From Octopus vulgaris (lineage: Eukaryota), in assembly GCA_951406725.2 (NCBI GenBank), contig OX597819.1, positions 28,644,001-28,708,000 of the forward strand: a stretch of 64,000 bases of DNA, given 5' to 3'. Position 1 is the first letter of the stretch; the number at the start of each line of letters is the position of its first letter. Of the stretch, positions 52,035 through 64,000 are shown in pieces. The notes under the pieces are model-generated. The model ran no database searches and was not told the origin of the DNA. It saw only the letters and a program-made list of their open reading frames with translations. The position numbers and the translations under genes are program-made.

Positions 52035-52215
52035 CACACATGTATATATATGTACCAAATGAATTAATATTCTTGCAAGCAGATGTTTATATCTTTATTG
52101 ATTTCTATTTTAGTAACAAATAATATAAAGACAATTTTAGTAACCATTAATCTTCTTTTGGTTTTTATATTTTAGGAAAATATTTATCATTATTATTGTT
52201 GTTTTGTTGTTGTTG

Positions 52216-52305
<90 letters not shown>

Positions 52306-52789
52306 TTGTGTGCAATCCTTAGGGCTAACAAACAATTGTATTGATATTATTTAAGAATACTCAAAACATCATATCAATACTATATCTTTAGGTTCACTGA
52401 ATTGGCAGAGAAAATGAGATTAAAATTTACTGTCAGAAGAGAGGGGAAATATGGAAAGATGTAAAGATGAAGTCTGAATGTCATAATGAGATGTGTTGAA
52501 AATAAAAGTATATAAAAGGATTTTATTTTAAATGGTTCACTTGTCAAATATCTATCATCGTCTTTAAAAATAGTACTTCAAAACAAAGTAACATCTCATT
52601 TGACTTTGTTTCAAGAGGATTTTGAAGTTACATTGAATATTATTTGACTTAGTAATAGTGTTTGATGATTATGCTGTTTGGTTTTTCCTCTCTCTCTTTT
52701 TTTTGAAAGATGGTTAAATTGTAAACAAGTAATTTTAAAAATTCAATAAATTAAATTTAATAATAACTGGATATCAATCACATAAATAT

Positions 52790-52990
52790 ACACATATATG
52801 CACAAACACATACATGCACAAACACATATGCACAAACACATACATGCACAAACACATATATGCACAAACACATTTTTTTTTTCTAGTTTCAGCTCAGAGC
52901 TGCGGCCATGCTGATGCACCGCCGTTATATGCACAAACACATATATGCACAAACACATGTATGCACAAACACATATATGCACACATACAT
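52790..52990. repeat. (atgcacaaacacat) minisatellite interrupted by a short LINE/SINE 3' tail (52873-52925, minus)
   Basis: Insert reverse complement ggcggtgcatcagcatggccgcagctctgagctgaaactag(a)n. Confidence 0.75.
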
Positions 52991-53185
52991 AAATGTTTGC
53001 ATGCATGTACACACACATATATATCTATTTATATATAAATGTGCACGTTATTATTTGTACACACACACATACACACATTGACAAATATGCATATACTTGT
53101 GTACGCATGTGTGAATGTAAATATGTATATATGTATACATATATTTATGTATGCATGCATATACATATATATGTGTATATATATA

Positions 53186-53228
<43 letters not shown>

Positions 53229-53466
53229 GTATATGCATTATATATATATATAGGTATGTATATGTATATATAGACATATACATATATATTTATATATATA
53301 TATTATATATATATTTGAATATGTATGTATATGCATTATGTATATGTATATGTGTATGTATATATATGTATGTGTGTGCACATGAATAAATGTGTGTGTG
53401 TATATATATATGAATATATATGTATATGCATTATGTATATATATACATATATGTATATATCCGTTC

Positions 53467-53554
<88 letters not shown>

Positions 53555-53902
53555 CTAAATGTATGTGTTGCATGTGCATGTGTGTCTGTCTGTGTGTCTG
53601 TGTGTCGGTGTTTAAAGGTATACCTGCAAAAATACAAAGAACGTTTTCAAGTTTTCTTATTCTATATGAGGAATCTGTCTTTAATTTTCTTTTGGCTGTT
53701 CTAACATCTTCATCAATATTGTGTTTATGGTTGACTGCACTCTTGTGTGTCGATTTTGTCGATAAGTTATCACCACACAGTAATATCACTTTATTGCATT
53801 GATAACTTCATCTTTTCTCTTTCTATTGACAGTATGCTTTCTTTGCTCTGCTCTTTGGCTCAATTCATGTGCAATATATCTATGCACACCCATACATGCA
53901 CG

Positions 53903-53953
<51 letters not shown>

Positions 53954-54042
53954 TTACATACATACATACTTGTACACTGGCAAATAAATATTGAAATAGA
54001 ACCTGCTCAGGTACATATATGAACACCCCCTCTCAATTGTGT

Positions 54043-54092
<50 letters not shown>

Positions 54093-54169
54093 TTGGTAGT
54101 AGCCTGGCTGTGTGGTTAAGAAGCTAGTTTTCAAACCATGTGGTCTTGGGTTCAGTCCCACTGCTCAGC

Positions 54170-54196
54170 ACAATCATCACCATCATCATCGTTGTC

Positions 54197-54227
<31 letters not shown>

Positions 54228-54477
54228 CCACCACCATCATTATCATCATCATCACCACCACCATCATCACCACAATCATCACCATCATCACCATCATCAT
54301 CATCACCACCACCATCATCACCATCATCACCACCACCATCATCACCACCACCATCATCACCATCATCATCATCACCACCACCATCATCACCATCATCATC
54401 GTTGTCACCACCACCACCATCACCATCATCATCATCATCATCATCACCACCACCATCATCACCATCATCATCATTGT

Positions 54478-54509
<32 letters not shown>

Positions 54510-54563
54510 TCATCATCACCGCCACCATCATTATCATCATCATCACCACCACCACCACCATCA
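54170..54563. repeat. (CAT/CAC)n trinucleotide array with higher-order repetition
   Basis: Direct inspection; explains the poly-H, poly-S/P and poly-I/T ORFs. Confidence 0.95.
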
Positions 54564-54982
54564 TTTTGCATTCACTTCTCCATGCACATGTGTTCACCCT
54601 TGTCTTGACATTACGTGGTAGTTACAGGATGAGCATCACCATCATGCAATTAATATTGCTCATTTCCAGTCTTCCTTGGGGAAACATGTCTGACTATTGG
54701 AAATATTTCCTTGCCTGGAAACAGATAAGGGTTGACAGGAGGAAGGCCATTCAGCTGAAGGAAATCTGCTACAATAGAGTCTGTGTGTCCCATGCAAACA
54801 TAGAAAAGTGGACATTAGATAATGATGATGATGTTCACACACACACACACATATGGGTCAAAACAGTTTGATTCAAATTCATTGGTACTCCGAGATTTTC
54901 AAGTGTGATGCCATTTCAATTTCAAAATGCCTGAAGATTAGTATCACACTTGAAACTCATTCACCATATATATATAAATATA

Positions 54983-55361
54983 TTCTCTCCTTGTTTTTTT
55001 CTGCGTCCCTTTCTGTAGAAGAGCGTAGGCTCGAAACATAAAAGACTTTTTCTATTCCTATGATAGATTGTTAGCCACTACACACATTTTTTCTCTCCTT
55101 GTTTTTTCTGTGTCCCTTTCTGTAGAAGAGTGTAGGCTTGAAACGTAAAAGACTTTTACTATTCCTATGATAGATCATTAGCCACTACACACATTTTTTT
55201 CTCTCCTTGTTTCTCTCCTTGTTTTTTCTGTGTCCCTTTCTGTAGAAGAGCGTAGGCTCGAAATGAAAAAGATTTTTTCTATTCCTGAGCGTTATACTAA
55301 TACATCTGTTTGTTTTGTACACCACCTGTCTTCGTCTTTTGTTTTTTTCGTAAACTCTCCC
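54983..55361 (+). repeat. Three tandem ~107-120 bp units with minimal HHR-like motifs, in (TA)n
   Basis: Motifs at 55005-55046, 55112-55153 and 55232-55273; consensus GUCCCUUU-CUGUAGA-A-GAGC(GUAG)GCUC-GAAACGUA^AAAGAC. Confidence 0.75.
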
Positions 55362-58300
55362 TATATATATATATATACATACATATACTCAATGATAATA
55401 ACATGCAGATGGAAATTCATAGACTTTTTTTGTAATCTCCCATGGAAACATACCCAGAATGGGGAAAATTATTCCTTTCTTTGGAAATGGGGTGTGGAGG
55501 TAGACAGAAAGACGAGCATCTCATAGGAAATCTGCTTCAATGAATTTTGTTTGACCTATGAAAACATAAGTGCTGGGGTTTGGTAAAAGAGCCTGATAGA
55601 ATAAGTAGTATACCTAAGAATAAGTACTGGGGTTGATTTGTTCAACCAGACCCTTTGACAGAGTGCTCCTGCAAGGTGCGGTAACAATTGACATAATAAA
55701 TTTTACTTATAGCAGTAATTATGTTATGCATGATAAAACTAGTAATGGTTATTAAAATAAAATGAGAGATACATATATATTGTGGCTAAAGATATGTTTG
55801 AACTAGAAAAATTAAGTTTTAATGTTATATTTATATCTTGAAAAATACTTTTTGGGGGTGTGCAGTCTTACTTGTTTTCTTCATCTATGATGTCCATTTA
55901 AGTAATATTTATATATTACCATTCATGTTAAGTTATTTTAGTCATGATACTTCACTTGTCACTTAGGCATTAGAACTACTTAAGGAGGGGAGCTACGAAA
56001 AAAAAAGTTAAGAACCAGTGATCAAAAAGGGAAGTCCATGAATCTGGGCTCATATAGTTTAGCATCAATGTCAGAATGCAATGATTCAGAACAGGTACCA
56101 CAAAGTACCTATAACAGATCCATCAATCAAACACCCTGGATGGGTGCTTTTTTTTTTTTTTTAATAGACTTTGAAAGAATGAAAAGTAGAGTAGCAGAAC
56201 TGAAGTCAGTGGGATTTGAACTCAGGATGCAGGGAGTGAGAACAAAATACCTCTGAGACATTTTAACCATACTGAGATGCAAAGTAATTAAGTGGTTTGG
56301 CTGTAAATTACAGAGAGTGAAACTGCAGGCTACTGCTGACAATTGAGTCACAAAAGTAATGTGTGAACTGTTGTCTGAAAACTTTTAAATGTAATATCTA
56401 GTTTTAGGGAACCGTTTTGTACAAAGACTTCAAGATGTGGTCAAATGCAAAGACAGGCAAACGAAGAAAAAATATTACTAAGAAGAAATACAAAGTGTTA
56501 GAGATGCCAAATTAAGTCAGCCATATAAAACTGGCAAGATTTCAAGATTGTAGCCAGAAAGCTGCAGCTTTCAATTTCCTGTAGTTTCTTCAGACTGCTA
56601 GGCAGAAAGACAAATCACTCCATAATCAGCCTTTGTTATTGGCTAAAAGAATCATTTGATTGTTTTTGAAGTGTTAGATCTCCTTGTGGGAGAACAAACA
56701 TTACTTTGGGAAGTGTTAAAAACAAATTAGATCACATGAAGCTGAACTGATTTTGTATCGATCAACTTACAAGTAGAAACCTCGAATAAGGGAAACATTT
56801 TAGTATATTATTACTTACAGTAATGGCTATTATGGTAGGAAGCTTTATGTTAAAATAATACTTTAGAACTGCTTCTTGGTATTGTTACTTAATAATTAAG
56901 CCCAATGCTATCACAAACTTTCAGCAGCAAGCAAAACCAACCTATATAATCTCAAAAATTCCAGATCTTTGAATGCTAGAATATGCTAGAATATATCTTT
57001 AATATACTCCAACCACTGTGTCTTATTTTCAAGATTTCATCTTTATGTGTACCCTATTTTTTGCTAAGTAATATTCAATGTATTATAAGTAAAGTGTTTT
57101 ATTTTTTGAGCTCTGATTCTTAAACATAATTATAGTTTCTGTTTAATATTTTTCCTGATGAAACATGTATAATATTTCTAACAATTTTTATATAAAATAT
57201 ATGTAGTACTCTTGATTAAATCAGCTACATATTAGTAATAGCAGTTTAGCTATAATGTAGCCTACTTTGTTCCTGCAGATTATATTACATACACCAAATC
57301 ATTAAAAACGACGATCTTGTTTTGCTTAACTTAATTTTCCTGTCATCAAATTATATCATCTTCCAATTCATTGAGTTAACTTTTGAGTTTTATTATAACA
57401 ATGATCTTATATCAAAGAAAAATAAATTATCATGCTTCGTTTTATGTCAACATTTAACTCTTTGTCTGTGATACACAAGCCATATTTCCCTGGCGTTTAT
57501 GCATCATATGTAATATACATTGCCAATTTTTTTTCTCTAGTCACCAGAATAATTCAGAACTTAAGAAAGAAAAACTTTATATTACTCAGAATGCATAAAA
57601 CAAGGGCTAACTAAGAGTCTGCAAACAAACATGGATGCTTAGGACAAACTTATGAAAAAAGCTTTGGACAAGCAATGGGTTAACCAAATCCCTTTAATCA
57701 AAATATTCGGCATAATATTCTTTGTAGGTTTGCATGGTAAAATGCCATTTCCATAGCTGAGGTTGCATCTAAGAGATTATGCTTATTTTATGTTGATAAA
57801 AAGATGCAGGCAGGCAGGCAACTAAGATTGTATATCTTCAATTGTCAAACTACATGAAAATATTGAATAAAACTTACTTTCTCTGCCTGTTTGTCATAGT
57901 TATGGTCTCAAGATAATTTTCTGTTGCATTTAGTTTTCAAAGGTTTCTCAAGTAAAAAAAAACTTTCCATCTCTACAGAACATTTATATTTCAATGAAGT
58001 AGAATGAAATATATCAAGGAACTATGTACTTTGAAATATGTTGAGTGAAGTATATACTAAGAAATATGTTATGTAAGTACTATGAAATATGTCAAGTGAA
58101 ATATTGTAATATATGTTGAGGGAAAACATTGTGAAGTATATACTGGTATATATATGGTAAGTATGTATTGTAAAATACATCAAGTGAAATGCCTTCTCAG
58201 ATGTAAAAATATTGCCAACTGCTGACATTGATCACATAAATTTTACATCTTATAATGATCATTATGTGGCGATATGTACATATGTGACCAAAGCCTCCAC

Positions 58301-58750
58301 TTCTATTATCTTTCATCAGTAAAAATTTCAAGAATAAAAGCAAAATCTTATTAACGTGCCAAAATCTTGGACAGAACCTAGAAAATTTAGATTTCCAGCC
58401 TAACACACACTCAGTGGATTTGTTTTATTTGGGAATGGTGTTAGGCATGGCTATGGGGTTAAGAAGCTTGTTTTACACTCACATGGCTTTGGGTTCAGCT
58501 CCACAAAACAGCACCTTGAGTCTTCTACAATAGCCCAGCCCTGGACCGACCAATGCCTTGTGAGTGAATTTGGTAGACAGAAACTGTGTGGAAGCCCATT
58601 GTGTGTATGTGTGAGTGTGTGTGTGTATATAAAAATATAATCACGGTGACCCAAAAGTCACATAGATGTTAATAATTCATTTATGCTGTTTTAAATTTAT
58701 GATAACTTAGCACCACATACAGTGTATATATATATATATATATATATATA

Positions 58751-59144
58751 CTAGCAGTATCGCCCGGCGTTGCTCGGATTTGTAAGGAAATAACTATATA
58801 AGCATTTTTAGAGATGTAAAGTATAATAGCCATCTCAATATGGCTAACCACAAAGGGGGGGTGTTACTGTAGCTTTTTACGTTCTGAGATTTAATAATAA
58901 ATTTTTAGAGAGTTACTTCCCTTATATAATAGCAAAAAAATGCATTAAAAATAGGAAAAAATTATGGTAAATTTTTTTTAAATCGTAGACTCATCGTAGA
59001 CGTGCACTAATACCCAGAAGGGCTCGATATGAATCACGACTATAAGATACCCGCTTTTGGTTACACTGCACCGCAAAATGTGGGAGTAGTTAGAAATCTA
59101 AATCGTAGGAGACAGACACACAACTTCACTTTTATATATAAAGA
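58751..59144 (-). mobile_element. Non-autonomous Helitron (3919-4317 family)
   Basis: 5' TC, 3' hairpin + CTAG; inserted in (TA)n. Confidence 0.87.
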
Positions 59145-59561
59145 TATATATATATACACATACAGGAAATATATGTACATTAGGAGTGAAGAGTCACATT
59201 TTGGGTATTACAAATAAAAAAAATGTAATTAAAACAAATTCATTAAACTGTTAGACCCATCTGTGTCTTTTGGACTACCCTGTATATATGTGCATGTGTG
59301 TGTGTGCGTGCATGTGTGGAAGCATGTGACTTAGTAGTGAGGGTATTGGGCTCATATTAGCAAGATTGTGGTTTTGATTCCTGGACCAGGTGGCTCGTTG
59401 TGTTCTTGAGCAAAACACATCATTTCATGTTGCTCCCACCCAGCAGACAAAAATGAGTAATCCCACAATGGACTGGCATCCTATCCAGGTGGAGAATCGA
59501 TATGCCATGGAAAATGGGAAACCAGCCTTTATGAGTTGGTATAACTCAAGAAGGAGCTTTA

Positions 59562-59592
<31 letters not shown>

Positions 59593-59812
59593 ATAAAATA
59601 TTAGGGAATAAATCCAAACTTACAGGGAAAAATCAGATTTAGGATTGAATCCAATTTTATAGTAAAATATTATATTATATTAAATTAGAGATAAAACCAC
59701 TATTAGGCAAATCAAACAATGAAAAACTTAAGCCAATACATAAAATTAATTAATTTATATTATTTTAAATATATATCAAAATTATTAAAAGTTTAATAAA
59801 AGATAATGAGTA

Positions 59813-59887
59813 AAACACTACGATCGTTTCATGGCTGTCCAATTCTTAATAATTCGAGTTATGGTTACAGTCAATCTTCAGGTGATT
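59813..59887 (-). ncRNA. Type I hammerhead ribozyme motif (left arm)
   Basis: Mirror of 59945-60019. Confidence 0.75.
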
Positions 59888-59944
59888 GAAATATTTATCT
59901 TAGCGAGGTTTGTCATTGATAAACCTCGCTAAGATAAATATTTC

Positions 59945-60019
59945 AATCACCTGAAGATTGACTGTAACCATAACTCGAATTATTAAGAATTGGACAGCCA
60001 TGAAACGATCGTAGTGTTT
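59945..60019 (+). ncRNA. Type I hammerhead ribozyme motif (right arm)
   Basis: AAUCAC-CUGAAGA-UUGACUGU..ACAGCCAU-GAAA-C(GAUC)G-UA^GUGUUU; palindromic stem III ACGAUCGU. Confidence 0.78.
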
Positions 60020-60176
60020 TACTCATTATCTTTTATTAAACTTTTAATAATTTTGATATATATTTAAAATAATATAAATTAATTAATTTTATGTATTGGC
60101 TTAAGTTTTTCATTGTTTGATTTGCCTAATAGTGGTTTTATCTTTAATTTAATATAATATAATATATATATATATA

Positions 60177-60398
60177 AAGGTGGTGAGCTGACAGAAACAT
60201 TAGCGTGCTGGGCGAAATGCTTAGCGGTATTTCGTCTGCCGTTACGTTCTGAGTTCAAGTTCCACCGAGGTCGGCTTTGCCTTTCACCCTTTCGGGGTTG
60301 ATAAATAAAGTACCAGTTACGCACTGGGGGCGATGTAATCGACTTAATCCCTTTGTCCCTTTGTCTATGTTTAGCTCCTTGTGGGCAATAAAGAAATA
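60177..60398 (+). mobile_element. tRNA-derived SINE with Nin/Deu-like core
   Basis: aaggtggtgagctgacagaaac...ctgagttcaagttcc...gcctttcaccctttcggggttgataaataaagtacc. Confidence 0.85.
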
Positions 60399-61002
60399 TA
60401 TATATATATAAGTATAACCTTAGGCATTGTGATATCAAGAACCTTGTGTACAACTCAACATAAATATGTTTCTGAATGAAGTGTCAGTCAAGTACAGAGT
60501 AGTAGTAAGAAAAATAAAATAGGTGGGGCAGTTGCTGATGATATGAGTAATGTTTTCTATATTATTATGGCATAATCAACACTTTCTATTGCAGTATGCA
60601 TGCATGCATATATTTATGTATCTCCTTATACATATGTATATCCTTATCACAATGACAAACAGAAAATGACCAGTTGATTCTGCTACTCTTAACAACTCAG
60701 TTACAAACCACTTAAATTTTTGTGTATATCATATAACTTAGAAATTTGAGAGTAGTTTTACTTTATTTTTGCTTTTCTTTTGCTTTTCAGTTATTAACTT
60801 TAAGTCTGGATACTTTAGCTAAGGTGAAGGTAATTAAAGAGAAATATCTTACCATTAATTTGTTCTGGTTTCCAGAAAAAATAACAAGACCATAGCCTAA
60901 GGAAGAAACCTCAGGTGAGTTATATGCAGACTAAATGCACATATGAAAGGCTAACTTTGTCTTTCATCCTTTTGGGGTATATAAAATATGTATCAATCCA
61001 AG

Positions 61003-61331
61003 GTAATAGATTAGTGGAACTGTAAGAATGCCAAACAGGTGATATGCAATATTTGTTTTAGCTCTTTGCATTCTGAGTTCAAATTCCACCATGGCCTTCT
61101 TGGCTGTTAGTCACTAGTGTAGCTAGATTGTGCTGCCCCCAAGCCCTCGCAAACATTACATATTACCTACAGCAGACCCAAAAGTGGTACTGCCTCTGTA
61201 AAAGTGCTGACCAGAGTGGACAGCCCTCTCCACCCACCTCTAGCTATGCTAGTGCTGGTAGTCTTAATCCATCATCTGATTTAACACCCCTACCTGATAT
61301 CTTGGGTACCTTTAGTAGAGTCTACTCTTTT
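61003..61331 (+). repeat. Local segmental duplicate of 63235-63547
   Basis: Shared gtggaact.taagaatgcca.acaggtgatatgcaatatttg...ccatcatctgatttaacacccc..cctgatatcttgggtacctttag. Confidence 0.85.
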
Positions 61332-61771
61332 GCAAGTATTCAGAATGGGTCTTCACTTTGAATATACTTTCCTTCCTCTTTCCCACTAGTCCACAAAGGG
61401 CTTTTGCAAAGCGACATGTGGTGGTGGGTGCAAACATAAAGAGTTATGAGCATTGCCACTTCTCTTGACTAAAGGACAAAATGGCTAAAAAACAAAACCA
61501 AAAAATAAAAAGAGAAACTTATTTATTCTATATGTGTCTTTTATTTGCTTTAGTTGCTGGACTGTGGCTATGGTGGTATACTGCTTTGAAGGGTTTAGTT
61601 AAACAAACCAAACTTCAGTATTTATTTTTAAGCCTAGTACTTATCCAGTTGTCTCTTTTGTCAGACCGCTAAGTTACAGGAACATAAAGAAACCAACACT
61701 GTTTGTGAAGTAATGGTGGAAAGCAAAAAAGGACACACACATACATGTGCACAAATACACACACACATATA

Positions 61772-63050
61772 TTAGGTCATCCCATAAGTTCTGTCTGAAT
61801 TTTGAATAAAGAAAACAAGTGATCAAATGTTATATTTAATTGAAATTTAATCATCAATGTACTCTCCCTGATTATCTTTGACTTTCATCTATTTACAAGC
61901 TTTTTAATCCCATCAATGTAAAACTCTTTTGGTTTCAAAACGAAAAACTCTGAAATGTCAGTTTCGACCTCCTGGCTTGCAAAAGTTATGTCCCCCAAAT
62001 GATTCTGTAAACTAAAAAACAAATGGTAGTCTGAAGGAGCAAGTTTGGGAGAATAAGGTGGATGAGGAAATTTTTCTCAACTGAGCTCTTTGATCTTCTG
62101 TGATATGATATTTGCAGTGTGGGGTCATGCATTGTCCTGATGAAACATCACTCCTTTTTGATTCACTAAAGTGGATCTTTTTTTCTTCAAAGCTTGCTTC
62201 AAATGCTCTAATTGCTGACAGTAGACTTGAGCATTAATTGTTGCATTAGGTGGTAACAATTCAAAGTGAATTACTCCTTTGCAATCCCACCAGATAGAGG
62301 GAAGAACCTTTTTCCATGAAGTGCCCTTCTCGGTTGTGGTTGAGCTTTTTCTCTTTTACCAAGCCACTGTTTATGATGTTTAACATTTTGATAGAAGATC
62401 CATTTTTCGCCACCAGTCACAAGTCTATCCAAAAAGGGGGAAATGAGTTTGCGAGAATGGAGAGAAGAGTAGCTATCAACTCAGGATTTGTGGCAATTCA
62501 CGAGGCACCCATTTTCCAAGTTTAGGAGCCTTTCCAAGTTGTTGAAGATGACGATGAACAGTTGTATGGTTTTAACTAAGCTTTATTGCCAATCCTTCAA
62601 CTGATAATGCAGGATTTTCTTCAAGTAATGCCTCAAGGAGCTTATCATCAAACTCGACTGGATATCCTGTTTGATCTTCATCTTCAAAGCTGAAATCTCC
62701 ACTTCTGAATTTTGCAAACCATCTTCTGCAAGTTCTTTCATTCAAGCATTCTTTCCCATAAACTGAGTGTATGTTTTGAGTTGCTTTTGAGTCGCTTCAG
62801 CAGCAGAGTTTCCTTTTTTGTACTCATAAAGCATTATGTGCCTTAAATGCTCTTTGGATACTTCCATGTTAGAAAGGGTTTTGATCAAAGAAATTTTAAT
62901 TCTATTATTCTGTAAAATAATATTTAATTATTTTAAATGTACACAAAGGCATAAAAATAATTTTTAATTCCATTAGACATTCTAAAATACTATTAAATTT
63001 CATTCAATTTTAAAAAAGGTAAAATCGGACAGAACTTATGGGAGACCTGA
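61772..63050 (-). mobile_element. Full-length (1279 bp) mariner (DD34D) transposon, decayed
   Basis: TA TSDs; TIRs ttaggtcatcccataagttctgtctgaattt / aaaatcggacagaacttatgggagacctga; splits a SINE. Confidence 0.93.
61847..62867 (-). pseudogene. Mariner transposase pseudogene
   Basis: MEVSKEHLRHIMLYEYKKGNSAAEAT..., LGKWVPRE, HQDNA*PHTA, PHPPYSPNLAPSDYHLF, ..EYIDD*; stops and frameshifts. Confidence 0.9.
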
Positions 63051-64000
63051 TACATGCACACAAATACACACACACATGATGGATTTCTACATAGTTTGTA
63101 GCTTCCAAATTCACTCACAAGTCATTGATCAGCCCAGGGCTATAGTAAAAGACACTTGTTCAAAGTGTTGTACAGTGGGACTGAACCTGAAACCACATGA
63201 TTGCAAAGCAAGCTTCTTAACCACACAGCCATGTGTAATGGATTGGTGGAACTATAAGAATGCCAGACAGGTGATATGCAATATTTGTTTTAGCTCTTTG
63301 CAATCTAAGTTCAAATTCCATCATGGTCTCTTGGCTGGAAGTCACTAGCATAGCTGGAGTGTGTGCTGCCCCTGGGCCCCAACAAAAAATACATATTGCC
63401 TACAGCAGTGCTGCCCCAATAAATGTGTTACCTGGAATGGACTGCATCCCCACCTCTAGCTACACTAGTGCTGGTAATCTTAGCCCATCATCTGATTTAA
63501 CACCCCTTCCTGATATCTTGGGTACCTTTAGCAGCATCTGCTCTATGTTGGCATGGTTGACAGGTTGTCAAGTGATGGTAGAGAACAAAAAGAAAAGGAC
63601 ACATATATATGTACCGAAATACACACACACATACATGTGCACAAATACACACACACACATACATGATGGGCTTCTACACAGTTTCCAGCTGCCAAATTTA
63701 CTCACAAGACATTGATCAACCCAGGGTTATAATAAAAGACACTTGCCCAAAGTGCTGCAGAATGGGACTGAACCTGAAGTGACATGATTGCAAAGCAAGC
63801 TTCTTAACCATGCAGCTATGGCTGTACCTATAAGAAAATAATTGAAATAACTTTTCACTTGTTTCTGAATCAACCTTGTACTTTACAATGCACAGTTTCT
63901 ATGACTCCATCTTATCTTCATTTTCTTCCATAATGATATTCTCTCATACAGATGCATCGCCATCCTTCTAATCTTCACAATTTCCTTTTATGATATCAAC

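Larger units (their letters stand above)
59594..60165. mobile_element. Penelope-like pLTR fold-back: ~249-bp arms (59667-60165), centre 59916, essentially no spacer
   Basis: Near-perfect palindrome (two mismatches seen); HHR in each arm; ~70-bp extension on the left; (TA)n on both sides. Confidence 0.85.

Noticed and set aside
54112-54871. Long poly-His / Ser-Pro / Ile-Thr ORFs
   Set aside because: Translations of a (CAT/CAC)n array that is stop-free in most frames; starts inside a SINE head

Overview
AT-rich, repeat-saturated eukaryotic intergenic or intronic DNA. The tRNA-derived SINE families, (GAT)n-tailed RTE ends and long (TA)n/(CA)n tracts point to an octopus/coleoid cephalopod genome (inference). 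I can support no intact host CDS; most ORFs in the track are microsatellite artefacts. Recognisable content: a near full-length IR/DR Tc1 (DD34E, 38564-40165), two mariner relics, two maT (DD37D) relics, non-autonomous Helitrons (one with a Pif1-helicase remnant), CR1/L2-group and RTE LINE fragments (one with three C2H2 fingers), piggyBac-, pogo- and mariner-type MITEs, three SINE groups with TSDs, and a twice-present leader + 29-bp minisatellite unit. The main signal, invisible in the ORF track, is a set of short non-coding elements inserted in (TA)n microsatellites that carry type I hammerhead ribozyme (HHR) motifs. About 10 motifs are well formed and about 5 degenerate, from at least six unrelated sequence families. 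They occur as tandem repeats (3x248 bp, ~1.75x534 bp, 3x~107-120 bp), near-perfect ~250-bp-arm palindromes, or solo copies. This fits Penelope-like pseudo-LTRs / non-LTR retrozymes. A candidate RFX X-box and a 12-nt micro-exon or start exon at ~17.1-17.4 kb are the only hints of a host gene.
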